64,000 nt of DNA from Callorhinchus milii. Lineage: Eukaryota. The stretch covers positions 96,660,001 through 96,724,000 of the forward strand of contig NW_024704742.1 in the NCBI RefSeq assembly GCF_018977255.1, written 5' to 3'. Below, one piece after another: positions 37,659-51,697 of this stretch (the stretch's first letter is position 1; each line of letters opens with the position of its first letter). The position numbers were made by a program, and so were the translations under genes. The notes under the pieces were generated by a model. It saw only the letters and a list, made by a program, of their open reading frames with translations, made no database searches and was not told where the DNA came from.

Positions 37659-39139
37659 TGAACCTCAACTCATTGGTATATTCTTGACTTTTTAGAAAAA
37701 ACACAGTTAAGATCATATCAAGAAATTACTTTAGAAACATTTTTTGAATAATTAGTTTTATAAAAGCCTTTGCTCTAGGTTCTCTTTGTGTTCTGCTGTA
37801 ATTTATAATATTTTCATCTTTCCCCTCAGTTCCTTTGCTATCCTCCTTGTGCAAGCAAATAGCACCCAACAACATCTGACACCACCAAGTATTTTGGAAA
37901 ATTCTTCAATTCAGCCTTAATCTGAAAGATGCTTTTCTGCAGTTCTTAAAAATAATTTTCCTAAAGTCTGCACTTCATCAAATTCAAACACAAAAGGGGA
38001 GAATTTCCACCTGGGTGTACATTTACTTATTTATTTATGTAGCATTTTAGAGCATCCAGACTTTGACAGATATTTAAATATAACTTTAATTTTGAAACAA
38101 TTTTTCTGCATATTCTTTTAGGAATTCTTTTCTGCATGTTGTAAAATGCAACATAATTAGAATACACCTTGACCTACGTGGAGTCTTTCCCCAAATAGTC
38201 AAAAGCTAAGAACATGAGGAATTACAAACCTCTGGAGTGTTATTTTCTTCTTCTTTTCCAAGCTGTATATTCTGCAAATCCAACAGGAATATTGGTTTGG
38301 TTTGTAAAGTAACTGCAGATTTCTATCACTGTAGCATTGACCCAGTTCTACTGCTTGGAATACTTTACAAATAAAATGATACTGTAATCATTTTTGAGCA
38401 AAGCTATTTCAAACTTTTCATGTGTACAATAGCTTTGTCAAACCTAGTGATTTTACTTTCATGGCCATAATATAGAATAAGAGTATGTGATTCTGAAATA
38501 TTAAATTCAAGAGTAGATATTACAAATCAGAAGTAAGAAAAATAAAATGAGATATCCTGTCAAATGTTTTGCCTTTTGGCATATCCTTTTTGTTTGTTTG
38601 TTTGGTGGGTATTCTGAAGTTTTTTTCAGCAAAATAAAATACCATAAGACAATGCATATTTGACATTCATTCATGCTGATTCATGATGTTGTGACAAATT
38701 GCATTTTATGAATTTGTAAACCTTTCCATTTTAAAAGCAATAGAAAATTACTTTCATACAAATAAAAGGCTTTCACCATGAACGTTGTTCTCTGATGCAC
38801 ATTTATCAGAGCATGGGATGCTTCACCTGTCAGAGTCAGAGAAGAGAATGCATACAGTGCAAAAGTTAAATCTTCTCTCTCGTTCACTTCTTCTTTACAT
38901 TCTCTGGTGGGCTAGAAGAATGCAAACAACACATCAATATTTAAATACACCTCAATTGTTAGGGATGAATGCTTTAAGACCAGGTGCTTTGTTACCCAGT
39001 TCTCATTCTATTAAATAGTTCCATTAAAGTGTTGGTCAACAGTAGACAATCTCCTGAAGCAGTGCTGTAAAATATCAACAATTTTAACAGAACAGTTAAA
39101 AAGGAAATACAGTGCAACAAACTGTAACAATAAAATGTT

Positions 39140-39510
39140 TCAGTTGCCTGTGGGTCAGAAGGTAGGCTCAAACCTCAAACCACAAATGGACCTGATAATG
39201 TAGGCTGGCTGGCACTCAAGTGAAGAAGACTGCATGATTGGAAGTGCAGTCTTACATATGAAATGAGAGATTAAACAGAGGTCCTATCTGCTTTCGGGTT
39301 TTGCTTTTTGAAGAAGAGTAATATTCTTCACTCGTCCAAATCTAAAAGCAGCTAAATTGGACATTTATCTCATTGCTCTTTATGGTATATTGCTGGCAAA
39401 GTTGAAGTCCTGTATAGGGCTACATAAAAATAGGTCATTAGACTTTAATTTAAATAACTCACTTTGACACGCTTTGAAGTGAAACGATTTCATATCAAAT
39501 GCAACTGTTG
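39140..39510 (+). mobile_element. Very old tRNA/Deu-type SINE
   Basis: GTCAGAAGG..GGCTCAAAC...GGAAGTGCAGTC..TTAAACAGAGGTCC...CTCATTGCT. Confidence 0.55.
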
Positions 39511-40404
39511 TATATCACCCAAAGGGATGGCTAAGCATTGTGTAATCTTTTATCCCTACACACACTCTTTGTTTAATATCTAGCGATCTAATATTTGGCC
39601 ATTTCTAAAGGAAGCCCTTAATATGGAATAATTATTACAGTATAGCAGTATTCATACAGTATTATGTGTCAGTCTGGCTCAGTTGGTTGAAATCTCTACT
39701 CTATTTCAGAATACATTCAGTGATCAGATCATTTTTTAAACACATAGAGTAAGAGGCATTGACAATCCCCATCGAACAATCATTTTTGGATAATGTCTAG
39801 TTTCTGAGAATCTTTGCCACATGCCATGAGGACAGATAAGCCATTCTCTGCATTAGAGCTATCTTGAGCCAAATAATTGTCCTCTGATCTCTCCCCATTT
39901 GTTGACGCATAAAGCTTTTCCTGAACACGCACTTACTTTATAAATAGCTGCAGTTCAGTTCATTGTCTACTTTGCCCGTCTAGTCTGATTGTTTGAGAGT
40001 CTTGGCACACAATTATTTTTCCACGCTATTGAAATCCAGTAAAAATCCACTGGAACAATTTTCAACTAAAATTTTATCTTTAATACAGATCTAAAAGTCC
40101 TCCCTGTGGTGTAGGTCAATATATTAGAAAAAAAATTATCATTTATTATCCATAAAGATCAACTGGGGTTTTGTCAAAGGTCATTCCATTGGCAACGATC
40201 ACGTGAAGCTCCTTTTATTTATTTCTGGCATGCAGGAAGACAGATTCCTTCTAGTTCAATAGTGGCCAGCCTTTTTAGTCAGCCGTCAAAATAAATTTTC
40301 ATGATTGAATCGATGCCACGAATCAAGAAATATTCAACCAGGAAAAAAATGGATAAAACATTAAATTAAAACAAATTCACGTAGTCCAGTGTGAATAGAT
40401 GCTT

Positions 40405-41611
40405 GGACCTCCGCTTGGCTAAATCCTCCTCCCTTAAGTCCCCTTCCACACTACCTTGATATTCTACAACACCCCCTCCTTCCGCGACGACTACACAACC
40501 CCCACCTCCCTACACTCCTTTGCCCCGCTTACTCACCCCTCCCTCTCAACCAGATGAAGCCAATCACCTACTGCCGTGAGCCCTCCCCACCCAGTTGCTG
40601 ATCACCCAACTGCCCCTCTTCTCCTCGCTGCTGGCTGACACAGTCAACCAGTCATTTTCCTCAGGTTCTGCTCCTCTCCCCATTAAAAACGTTGTCATCA
40701 CTCCCCTCCTCAAAAAAAACACCCTGGACCCCTCCATTTCCAAGCTGCCCTTCCTTGCTCTAGAACGCATTGTCGCTAACCAGCTTTGCTCTCACCTTCC
40801 CCTCGACTCCCTCCTCAAGCCCCTCCAGTCTGGTTTCCACCCTGGCTGCACCACAGAGGCGGCGCTTGTCATGGTCACAATCTCTCTGTGACTAGGGCTC
40901 CCTCTGCCTCCTCATTATCCTAGACCTTTCCACCATGTTCGACACAGTCGACTACGCCATCCTCATCCATCGCCTCTCCTCCATAATTCACCTTAGTGGG
41001 ACTGTACTAGCCTGGTTTGAGTCCTACCTAACAAACCGCCTTCACTTTGTTGCCTCAAACTGTTTCTAATTCCGCCCCCGGCCAGTCACCTGTGGCGTAG
41101 CCCAGGGCTCCATCCTTGGTTCCCTCCTCTTCCTCATCTACATAATCCCTCTTGTCGATATCGTCCACAGACATGGGGTAAACTTCCTCATGTATATGGA
41201 AGACACAAAAATTTAGGTTCACCAATTTTCTGTTGGCTTGTCTGGCAGAAATCGGGGCCTGGATAAGCGCAAACTTCTTACAACTAAATGTCGACAAGAC
41301 GGAAGCCATTCTCATTGGCTCCAGTCAACGTCTTCTGTCCTGCGGCTCTGACCTTTTCAACCTCCCCAGCCTATCCCTCAGTGGCCGCATTTTCAGCTAC
41401 TAAGCCCCAAAACTCTGCAACACTCTTCCTTTATCCTTCATCTTTGTACCTTCCTTCCCCATTTTCAGATCACATCTGAAGACCTTCCTCTTCAATCGTG
41501 CCTACGGTTAGGTCCTCCCTTCCCCCAGCTCGGCATCATGCTCCGCAACTGTCAAGTGCTCTGAGATGCCACCCTGCCTGAGGGGCACTATATAAATGGA
41601 AGTTGTTGTTG
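40405..41611 (+). mobile_element. L2 LINE, degenerate ORF2 with internal deletion
   Basis: ITPLLKKNTLDP, PLQSGF.P...TEAALV, FDTVD, GVAQGSILG, FLQLNVDKTE remnants; tail GGAAGTTGTTGTTG. Confidence 0.9.
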
Positions 41612-41732
41612 AATGTTTGGTGGACCACTTCTTGATGGCACTGTGGGCTACTTTCAGGCCCATGGGCCGTAGGTTGGCCACCACTGCTCTCATCCCTTGA
41701 TTCAGGAAAGACCTTTGGTAAGGTGAAGTGTC

Positions 41733-42055
41733 TAGGGGGTCGTAATCCTACTGCTGTTTCAGAATCCCAGGATTTGGGGATTTTAATGCCCTAAATCCCA
41801 GAATCCCGAATCTTACCTCGTCCAGGACACCTCGGTCTCTGCATCAGCGGAGAACTACCTCAATTATCCTGGACAAGATAAGCACCTGCCTTCCTGTTGG
41901 CTCATCTTGTGGCCCGCTTCCAGTGAAGCCATTCCCTTTACCCTGGGCTCAGGCTTTATACAATCCCCAAATCCTGGCATTCTCTTCAATGAATCCCATG
42001 ATTTCAGGAGCACCATTACCATACAGGAACTCAGGAATCCCAGGATCTCAACTTC
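41733..42055. mobile_element. Non-autonomous DNA-transposon-like remnant with AATCCC motifs
   Basis: Inverted pair AATCCCAGGATTTGGGGATT (41763-41782)/AATCCCCAAATCCTGGCATT (41962-41981), 19/20; several AATCCC motifs. Confidence 0.45.
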
Positions 42056-43006
42056 CAGAGAGGCATTCCCACAAGTCAACTAGTATTCTAACACAATTCC
42101 TTTGTAATAAATCCTGTTAAGAAATATCACAAGATAAACCCATCAGTGTTGTATTGAAATCTCTTGTTTATAGTTATTAAAGGGATTTCTGACTATGTTA
42201 TAAATCAGGTTGTTACTTTAGTCTTTCATAAATCAGCCATAGAAGAACAACTGCTATACTCCAAAAGAAAATCTGTTTTCACTGGACTGGTAAACATAGA
42301 CAATTCCATGGAAAAAGTGGCAGAGCTTTACACAAAAGAGCAGAGCGATGAATACCCCTCCATAATGTTACTGTGCGTATTCAGTTCTTGTTGACAGTTG
42401 AACAACATATTTTCTTCAAATGTGCACCAAATTTTAAGGATAAGCATTAACAAGACATTGGCTGCCTGGTGAAACAAGTTATTCTTTAAGGTGTATTCAT
42501 ACAAGAAAAACACATTTGAGCAGTGGGGCAATTTTAACACAACAAAAATCTGAACTGTAACCTTTCAACCTTATGAGAAATGAATAAGAATTTCAGTTCT
42601 TTGTACTGGCCAGCTTCAGAGACATGGAGGTCACTTTGATGGATGACTTCCATTCTTCCAAATCATCTATTTGTTGTCTGTGGTTCGCTAGGAGATCGAC
42701 TATCTCCCAAAGCGCCATTATAACAAAAAACCACAAACTGCTATATATGTTCATATACAACAGACTTTGTGGTCCACAGACCCCAGTTTAATTGTGTTGA
42801 ATCATTTACCCTCGTCTCCTGTGTATACCATGTCAATGATGTGCTGAGGTGTTAAAAATGAACCATGCTGGAGTCAATTTAGTGATACATTAAGACACCA
42901 GCAGGATATTGGCCAAAGGTGGAACCAACTGGTGATGTCCATAAAGCCATCATTTGATATCTGGCTCACGGATCACAGCATTTGGCTGCCGGTTAGGAGG
43001 ATAGTT

Positions 43007-43383
43007 GTGGAGTCCTGTAACATATTAGAGTTAGAACGCTCGCTTTGCAAGAGAGAGGACCCAGGTTTAATTCCCAGGCAGGGTGTAACTTTAGCCAAGT
43101 TTCCTTACTCCACACCCCTTTGTTTACTTAGCAGAAGTAGAAACCCATTTTTTAATCAATTGGTGGATTGCTTTCCATGGGTAATAATTTTTTTAAAAAA
43201 AAAATAATTTGGTTACTCAATCCACAACTTTTTGTGGGACACCACCGTGCACAATTGGCTGCTGCATTTCACGCACAAAATATAGCCAATTCATTTTACA
43301 GTATATTCTGTGGAGCGCTATAGCACCTTATCACATCTTGAGGATGTGATAAGGTGCTATATCAAATGCAAGGATTATTATTA
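43007..43383 (+). mobile_element. SINE family A, long subfamily (diverged)
   Basis: GTGGAGTCCTGTA...CTTTGCAAG...TGTTTACTTAGCAGAAGTAGAAACCC...tail. Confidence 0.88.
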
Positions 43384-43954
43384 CGCCAACTTACTAATTA
43401 AACAATATCCCAGGGTAGCTATCAACCGGTTAACTGGTAATCGAAAGTCAAGACTGTCATGTTCAATGCTGCAGGCTGAGCTTCACGGACAGTGCCATTG
43501 AAAACAGCTTCAAGGCACATTCAATGTGTTAAACATCAAATGTACCACTAAATTAACCCCAATGTTGTTTTAACACACTGCTTTGAAAAATTGCTGCATG
43601 CCTTCAAAACTGATCAAGCACTGAAAGGGCAGACTTAGTCTCTTACATAGATATCCAAAGGACTGATTGCAATGAAAAACACCCACCCAGACTGTAGTTG
43701 CATTTTTCAAATCAGTTATTTATTCTGTTTATTTTATAATTGAGATGATTTATCTCATTATTGATCTGCGTCGCATTTCCTTTAGTGCAGTAATGTCTTA
43801 TTCAGTTTTAATCAACCTCATTCCCAATTGTATGTAAGGGAACAACATTCTGCTGAGGTTAATTTGATGCTTTCTTTCTGAAATACTTATGGGAATGTAT
43901 ATTTTCTTGCAGTTTCTAGTATGTGCTGAAGAAAATCTTGCAGAGCTCCACCCA

Positions 43955-44160
43955 ATGGCTTGTTTTAGTGCTAAATCGAGCCATACAAACCAAGAAAGTT
44001 GCAGGTTTAACCCACAGTCTGTTCTGAGTTAACTGATCTTTGGACATGACAGCATTAGGAAATGCTACATTTGCCTGTGCTTGGAAGGGCAAAAAGGATC
44101 AGCCAGGGTTCCTGCCCTCAAACACAAACCAGTGATCCCTGCTGGAAAGTATTTGAGGGT
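43955..44160 (+). mobile_element. Older SINE family B, 5' part
   Basis: GAGCCATACAAACCAAGAAAGTTGCAGGTTTAACC..GTCTGTTCTGAGTTAACTGATC...CAGCCAGGGTTCCTGC...CCAGTGATCCCTGCTGGAAAG. Confidence 0.6.
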
Positions 44161-44164
44161 GGAT

Positions 44165-44300
44165 AATAGAATCATAGAATCATACAGCACAGAAGGAGAC
44201 GATTTGGCCCATCGTGTCTGTGCCGGGTCTTTGAAAACAGCTATCCAATTCAATCTCACTCCCCCGCGCTCTCCCCATAGCCCTGCAGACTTGTTCTTCC
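44165..44300 (-). mobile_element. CR1 3' end
   Basis: ATAGAATCATAGAATCATACAGCACAGAAGGAG. Confidence 0.85.
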
Positions 44301-44480
44301 AAAATAATTGTCTGAAATATCAGGGGGAGAAATTTTACCTGAGTCTAGACTTTCACTATTTTTGTTAACACTCCAGAGCATGCAGAATTTGGCAAATTCT
44401 TCCATTCAGTCTTAATTTTAAAATTGTTTTTCCTCCTGTTCTTCTAAGAATTACAGCTCAGGCTCCCCGTTGGCTGTAAT

Positions 44481-44789
44481 ATAATAATAATAATCCTTGC
44501 ATTTGATGTAGTGCTTTTCACATCTTCTAGACATCTCAAAGCGCTTCACAGAATACTCTGTAAAGTGAATTGATTGTATATTTGTGAGCTAAATGCAGCA
44601 GCCAATTGCGCACAGCAGTGTCCCACAAACAGTCATGGATTGAAGTCACCAATTTACTATTGTTTTTTGAGGGATTATTATTATATGTGGAGTAAGGAAA
44701 CTTGCCCAAGATTTCACCCTGCCAGGAATCGAACCCAGGTCACTCGTTTGCCAGGCGAGTGCTTTAACCACTGAGCTACAGGACTCCAC
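44481..44789 (-). mobile_element. SINE family A, full-length short form
   Basis: Complete head, Deu part and tail. Confidence 0.93.
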
Positions 44790-45929
44790 TGTATGAAGCA
44801 CTTTGAGATATCCTCCTAACGTGAAAGGTGCTACATAAAGGTAATTTGTTGGTGTTGATGGGTTGAGGCCCCTAAACATTCAAATACCAACATCTGCCTA
44901 CAAAATACACAGTGACTACACATTACAGTAAATTAAGATGTCTTCCCAGTGTTGTATCACTGCATCCAGTATTATTACTATTTAAATGAGCTCCTGACAC
45001 TTCATTCACACATAAACAGTGGACATTTAGGTGATAGGGTGGGATCACAGTGTCATAGAAAGACCCTCCAACATGAAACACCTTCAGGATGGGTGTAGGG
45101 AGAATAGATGTTCCGGTAGATATTCTGATAATGAGGAATGAGAATCGGCACAAAAGTTCTGACTTTACCAATGAAGCCTTCGTTATACTGGCTATACAGT
45201 GTAACTGAATTCATGTATATTCCAAGCATAAACTATAATCATAGTGGTGAAGATTATAATCAGAGTTCATTCCATATAATGATGACATGAACTTCACTGC
45301 TTTTCCGAATATTTGCTTCTTTCTCAGTCATTGATGTTTAATTTTCGCACCCAGGTGGCAGTCAAGAACATCAAATGTTTTCCCCTAATTAGCCTCTATA
45401 CTATAAAAATCCAAGACCAAGCATTTTTTGGGTTCCTGTATACAGTATACAGCTGTAAAGGGGGAGTTTAATCTGTGCACATTGCAAATTACTGTATATT
45501 TCACTGAATGTTAAAGTTACTCCCAATATATTTTTTATTGATTAATCCACCAAAATAACTAACTAACAGATATTTTAGTCAGTTCATACAAAACTAGGTA
45601 CTGAATATTACTTGTTGAATTTGTGGAGTTAATGGGAAAACCATCAAGAATTATACACCCTAAATTTCTGCAAGGTTTTTACGGCTGCTTATCAAATTAA
45701 CAGTGGTCCTATGCCAAGTACTCAAAAGATCTTAGTTTGGCACCGTTTTATGGCGAGCTCTCTTCACTTCAGAAATTGTGTAATTTTCCAAATATCAGCA
45801 AGAATGTATCTGCACAGCTCTTTACTATCCTGCAAATGACATGTTATGGTGCTGGGAAGTTCAAAATAACCTCAGAGGAATGACTTGTTCTGGCAACACT
45901 GAATGGAGAACCAAAATATGAGTAAAGAC

Positions 45930-46035
45930 AATAGTAATAATAATAATTCTTGCATTTGATATAGCACCTTATCGCGTCTTCTAATCGTCTCAAAGCGCTT
46001 CACAGAATATACTTGTAAAATGAATTGACTGTATG
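45930..46035 (-). mobile_element. SINE A tail
   Basis: Tail only. Confidence 0.85.
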
Positions 46036-47380
46036 TTAAATGTCAAAAGGAATTGTATTATTGAAAAAAACTATTTACAAGATTTACATCCCTATGCATC
46101 AAATCCTTTCCCCTAATTAGTATCTCTGACTATAAAAGTCAAAGCCCAAGCTATCAGTGTGCTTTGTTGTGTGTTTCCACCTCCTATCTCCCAACTGTGC
46201 CTTCCTGGTCTGTGCTGACCAGCTTGATTCAAAGTGCAACCCATCTATGTTTGATAGGGATTGAGAACGTACTCTTGATGTTGCATTCACAGGGTAAAAG
46301 GTGAGGAAAAAGAAGCAAAGGTCAACAGCCTTGCCCATTAACCCCAGGGACAGAAGACAGCTGCAACCCACAGCAAACAGCACAACTGAATAGCAACACT
46401 CAGAAGGTAGAACAAGGCATTTCGGGGGGGGGAGAGTGGACAAGATATCCTCCTGCTGGGGAGAGAAACGTCCTCTTGAGAAACGTTGCTGTTAACATTA
46501 ATGTTTTGCCAAAAAAACACAGTCCTGACCCTTTTTCCCAAGGATTGTTTGGCTGAGGTAATTTGCAGCCCAGTGTTTGGATCAAATTCTAATGATTTGC
46601 TCTCTAGCGCTCAGAGGCTTTCAATTGTGGCCTAATATTCAATTAAAAATGCATGGCAACTACAGGTGTAATTGGTTGTTATGTAATCACTACATTTAGA
46701 AACGGTTTCGGAGTTAGTCAGATAATCACTTCATAATCCACACAAGTAGTCAATTAAAATCCTGTTCATTAAATAACTGTTGTTCTTCACTTATCTGAAA
46801 TTCGACGTTGTTTTTTTTCCACCATTAAGTAACTGCGTGATTAGATTATTGACAAATTGTGGACAGTGACATTAATGGAACTTTACAGGGGAAACATAAG
46901 GGAAAAAATGCAACAAGCCTCCGGTGGCAGGGAGGAAAAGATCAGTGAAAGGGCATCAGTAACAGTTCCAGCAGTCAAAGCAATCCATTTTCACAGGGAA
47001 TTGCAATTGTGACCAGAATAATTAAGCTAAGTTTCCCAGTATCTTAGGGACCGTTCGTAAATACATTGGGGTCAATTTTGGAAGATTTGTTAATGGGATT
47101 TCTTAATTAAAAAATCTGGGAGTCCATCATGCTGACTCACGGGAATAATTCCAACTCGATCTATTTTCGGAGCGGGATTCCCTCAAGTCGCTATGACTTA
47201 TTTCCGGTTAACAGAACGAATTTCCATTCAGATTTCCTAATTGAAAAGTCTCATTAAAAGTATTGCAATATTGCCCCCAATGTGTTGACAATGCATTGTT
47301 ACAGTATATGGTAGAAATGTCATCATAGATGCCAACGACACTGGGACTAGCTTAGGATATTCGCAAACAACATTTGTTAT

Positions 47381-47568
47381 CTTGGAATTTCCATGTATAG
47401 GTGGGATGCATGGAACTGTCAGTTTGGTTATAATAATAATAATCCTTGCATTTGATATAGCACTTTTCACGTCTTCTAGACGTCTCAAAGTGGTTATTCT
47501 TTGATTACTCTTAAGCATGGTGATGAGTTTCTGCACGTGTCAGACACCCAGCTGACCTCCAAAAAAAA
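47381..47568 (+). mobile_element. Family X, copy 4 (3' end) with a SINE A tail inserted (47430-47490)
   Basis: GGAATTTCCATGTATAGGTGGGATGCATGGAAC...GTGTCAGACACCCAGCTGACCTCCAAAAAAAA. Confidence 0.8.
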
Positions 47569-47749
47569 GTCGGTCAAGCCTGGAAAATTACTATAAAACA
47601 AAATCAATTCAACTACTTTAGGCCCCAAAATATACAACTTACACATACCTCGCTTCACTAATATCAAAGATTGCACAAACTGGGATCTGAAAAGGAAGAA
47701 ATCTTACCAGGAGGAGAGTGTTGCTACCTAATGGTTGATAATTGATGGC

Positions 47750-48480
47750 GGCAATAGGTAAGGAACATTACCCTCATTATGGTCCATCTGGCCAGTCCAA
47801 AAATAGAGAAAAAATGTCATCCACTTCTCGAACTCTCATATCACCTTAATCAAGTTCTTCACTAAACAATTCATTTTCTTTTGAATTTGTTGGCACAATC
47901 TGCTCCATTTAAATTCAAACTGGTCCAGCCCATACTCACCACTTGGGGGATTTAAACTAATTAAGTCTAAACTCTCTGTACTTCTAAACTTGAGCCTGGC
48001 CTATTTTTATAGAGATTGTGATCATGCTGCACATATTATCAATATGATTTTTCCAGCTTCTGTAGCTATCCTAACTTAGATGCCAAATTATAGCTACAAA
48101 TTTAATTGCCGTTTGCTGTACATGTCCCAATACCAAGAATCCTTCCTGTAATACGATGACCAGAAATGTACACAATATTTCAGGTGGGGCCAAACCAGTA
48201 CTACATAAAAGTTCAGTATCATTTCCTTTGATCTACGCTTTAACTATTTATGCTATGTATCCTGAGGTTGTGTTTGCTTTCTTTAATTCCTCTCATCTGT
48301 TGGGTCTTGAAGAATAATACCATTTTATATTTCCACTGATTATTCCTCTTCAATCTCATCATCCCATATTTGTCCACATTAAATGACGTTTGCTACTCAT
48401 CAGCCAAATTCCCTAATCTATCCAGATCCCTCTGTATTTGATCAGCATTATTTACAAACTTGGACAGGATTGGTTTTGAC
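47750..48480 (-). mobile_element. Old CR1-like ORF2 remnant
   Basis: GACCAGAAATGTACACAATATTTCAGGTG (rc of RPHLEYC.QFW-like) and CTAATCTATCCAGATCCCTCTG (rc LQRDLDRL). Confidence 0.6.
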
Positions 48481-51400
48481 CTTGCTTCCAAAATAATTTA
48501 TACTTTGTAGTGCAAATAGTAGCAAAAGAGAGCACTGAACAGTTATTTAATTGAGGACCAGTCTTTTTTGAGACTTGATTTAAAATGAAGTTATCTAGTT
48601 CAGAATTGATGCTTAGTGCATTTTATTTTAGGATGCCGATATATTGTGATTCATGGAAGCTTGTTTCAATTTAACAAATACGCGCTGTAGTTATCAGGGT
48701 ACAAGTCATGTTGACTTAGAATAGATTACTGATCAGAGAGCATTTGGGAACACTAATCAGATCCCTGAGTAGCAAATTAAAACAAACCATTCCTGGGTTA
48801 TAGAAAGACATTGACTCATCTTAAAAGATCTCAGAAGAGATTGAGGCTCCATTGAAGAAGAGCAGTCAGTTGAATCCTTACAGTTCAGTCAGAGCAGTGC
48901 ATTAAATGTCAGCAACAACAACAACAAAATTACATTTATAGAGCATCTTTCGGGAGGACGTCAGTTCAATGAAAAGGAAGACTGTCTGGAAGCAACATCT
49001 TAAAACCTAAAGCTTAGGTTCCAGTCACTGGAAAAATATAAAGCAGCATCTGAGTAAAGATTGGTTTCAGTATTTAGAGGATTTTAAAATCAAACTTTTA
49101 GAATCTCATCACCATTGTAATTTCCTGCAGCTATGATGATTTGACCATAGCAATGTCTAGATTGCCCATCAAAAATCAACTGACGAAACAGAGACAAGCA
49201 ATATGGAATGGCAAAACACTTTGACAGTCCAGCAGAACCCATATCTTACAGTGCTCTGCAAATTACTGTGCATTAGAATTGAATTCCAATCCTAGGGCAT
49301 TATGTGTTAATACCAGAAATAGCCTTTAAAATATCTCCACAATATCATAGAGACATTATTACGTTACACTTGAGGAATGCTGTCAGGTACTGCATTAACA
49401 GTGTATGTTTCAAGTAATGACATCTTCACCAGGAAAAATAATAAGTAAAAATATTGCTATGGATTCCAACCAACAATCAAACATTGAAACAAAAATAGTC
49501 GATAAAGACCAATATAAGAATAATATAACACCCCCTCTTTAATAATAACAAGTACTTGGTAAGTGGATTTTTGCACTGGAAATGCATATGTATCTGCTCG
49601 TAAATTATTAAGCAGCACTGCTCTACATCTTCCAGTCTTGCTCAGCAAACATAAGGAACCTAATACAATAACATAAAGATATTTGAATGTGTTTTGGTAC
49701 CATGTCGTTTGACATTACCAGAGACAGCCATCAAGCAGCTCCGTTTCTGCAATGAAACCAATAAAGTTTCACAGCTTTTTTATTGTAATCAACAGCCAAA
49801 TTGATCTGACACTTCATCCGTACAGAAGGGCCCCTGAGGGAAAGTGAAGTCATCAAAAAATAATGAGCCTGTTCCACCCAGCTTCCACTAAGGCAAGGTG
49901 CAGAGAGCCTTTTTCAAATGGGGGGCTGCTCGGCATTTTAAATGATTGGTCATAGAGAGCTGCAAGCAAATTGCTTTGACAAGGCTGTTACTGCTGTAAA
50001 GTTGAAGGGTTTTTACCACTAGGTCAGTGACTGCCAATCAAGTGGAGAAAAAGGCTGCTCAGTGAGCTGGTGATTTCTACCTATGCTGTAATTATCTCTG
50101 ACTATTCCTGTATCTCAGCAATTCCTCTGATTAAACCTGCCTCCTTTAAATCTCTTTCAGTCTGCGATTCAAACACTAATTAGTTCCTACTCTCCACAGA
50201 GATGTCAGGCACTCACTCAATTTATCTCTATTTCAGTGCACTCAGAGTGACTACCCCGGTTATCAAAATTTAATCATGCCTGCAAAAATGTTGAAAAGTG
50301 GTAATTAGAGGCAAAAGGCCACAGGATACAATATTCATTTTTCTCTATCTTGTAGTCATCCAGCTGGCATCTATAATGGATATCCTGGGGGCTGTGTGAA
50401 CACATTGATTTATGCAACCTCACTCTTGCTATCACTGTGGTGCATCGGGCTGCTTTAAAGAACAGGTTTTAACAAGGTCTGAGGTGGGAGGACATTAATC
50501 ACGGTAGCATTGTCTGTTAAAAGGGTGCCGTGTATCCAGGCTTACCCCCTATAGAAGAGTAGTTAGACGTTTACCACTTTCTCATACAAAGGGATAGATG
50601 GTTATTGATTGAAGCCCCCCCACCCTCGCTCCCACTCTCGCCTCCCTCAATGATGAGGTTGAATTATCACACCAGCCTCCTGAAAGCTATAGTAACCTTT
50701 CTTTTGTTGTGTAAGTCTTTAGAGGCTGATTCGATGTCCATCAGAGACGGCACTGCAAAACGTACCATTCCGGTAATCAAGCCTTGTTAAACTTTTTGTG
50801 CTCGGTAACACGACACATGAGGGATGATAGTTTGCTCAGTGATGGTGGCGAAGCCATTGCAAATGCCAGATTATGCTGCAACAACAACAACAACTTGCAC
50901 CGCAGTAGAAGCTGCATCTACAGGAGAGTGAAAAGCATATTGGCGCTCATTTAGGACAAAGGGTCACAGGCTCACTGGAAAACACAAAGAAAACAAATAG
51001 TAACATCATTCCTTCCAGGCAGCAATGCCTTATACAGTGTCTTAGGAAACAGAGGTCAGGGAGGAACTCCAGACGACATATGATGATATAAGTATTGAAT
51101 ATTACAAAAGAGCCTATTACTCTGTTTTATTTAATTGCAAGAAATCTACATATTGTGATAGAGGAGGGAATAACAGCAGGTGAAAACTAGAGGCTGCTTT
51201 TCAATAGAATCATTTTCCACTTTGTATTCAGATACGGTTCTTATCACCTCCATGCGAGATGATGACATATGGTGCTTTCCATTTATCTGTGGCCCTTTCG
51301 CTCCTCCCCTGCACAGACACACACTTGTCAGAGTCATAACCACTAATTGCCAACAGCGAGGTTTTAAGAGGAAAAACAGTGGAAGAAAACATTTACACAA

Positions 51401-51600
51401 ATCACACTGCTTTTATTGTTTAAAGCAGGGATGGCCAATTTACGGCATAGGTTGCATTACACATGCGTAGAATTGTCATACGGGTCACATGTGGCCCATG
51501 GCCCCCTACAGCACCTTGGGATGTCCTCTCGACATGAAAGGGGCTACATAAAGGCAATTTTTTGTTGTTATCTGTGAAGTGAAGCAGGCCTGGGTTGAAT

Positions 51601-51697
51601 ATAATAATAATAGTCCTTGCGTTTGATATAGTGTCTTGTCACGTCTTTGAGACATCTCAAAGCGCTTCACAGTATATACTGTAAAGTGAATTGACTG
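51601..51697 (-). mobile_element. SINE A tail
   Basis: Tail only. Confidence 0.85.
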
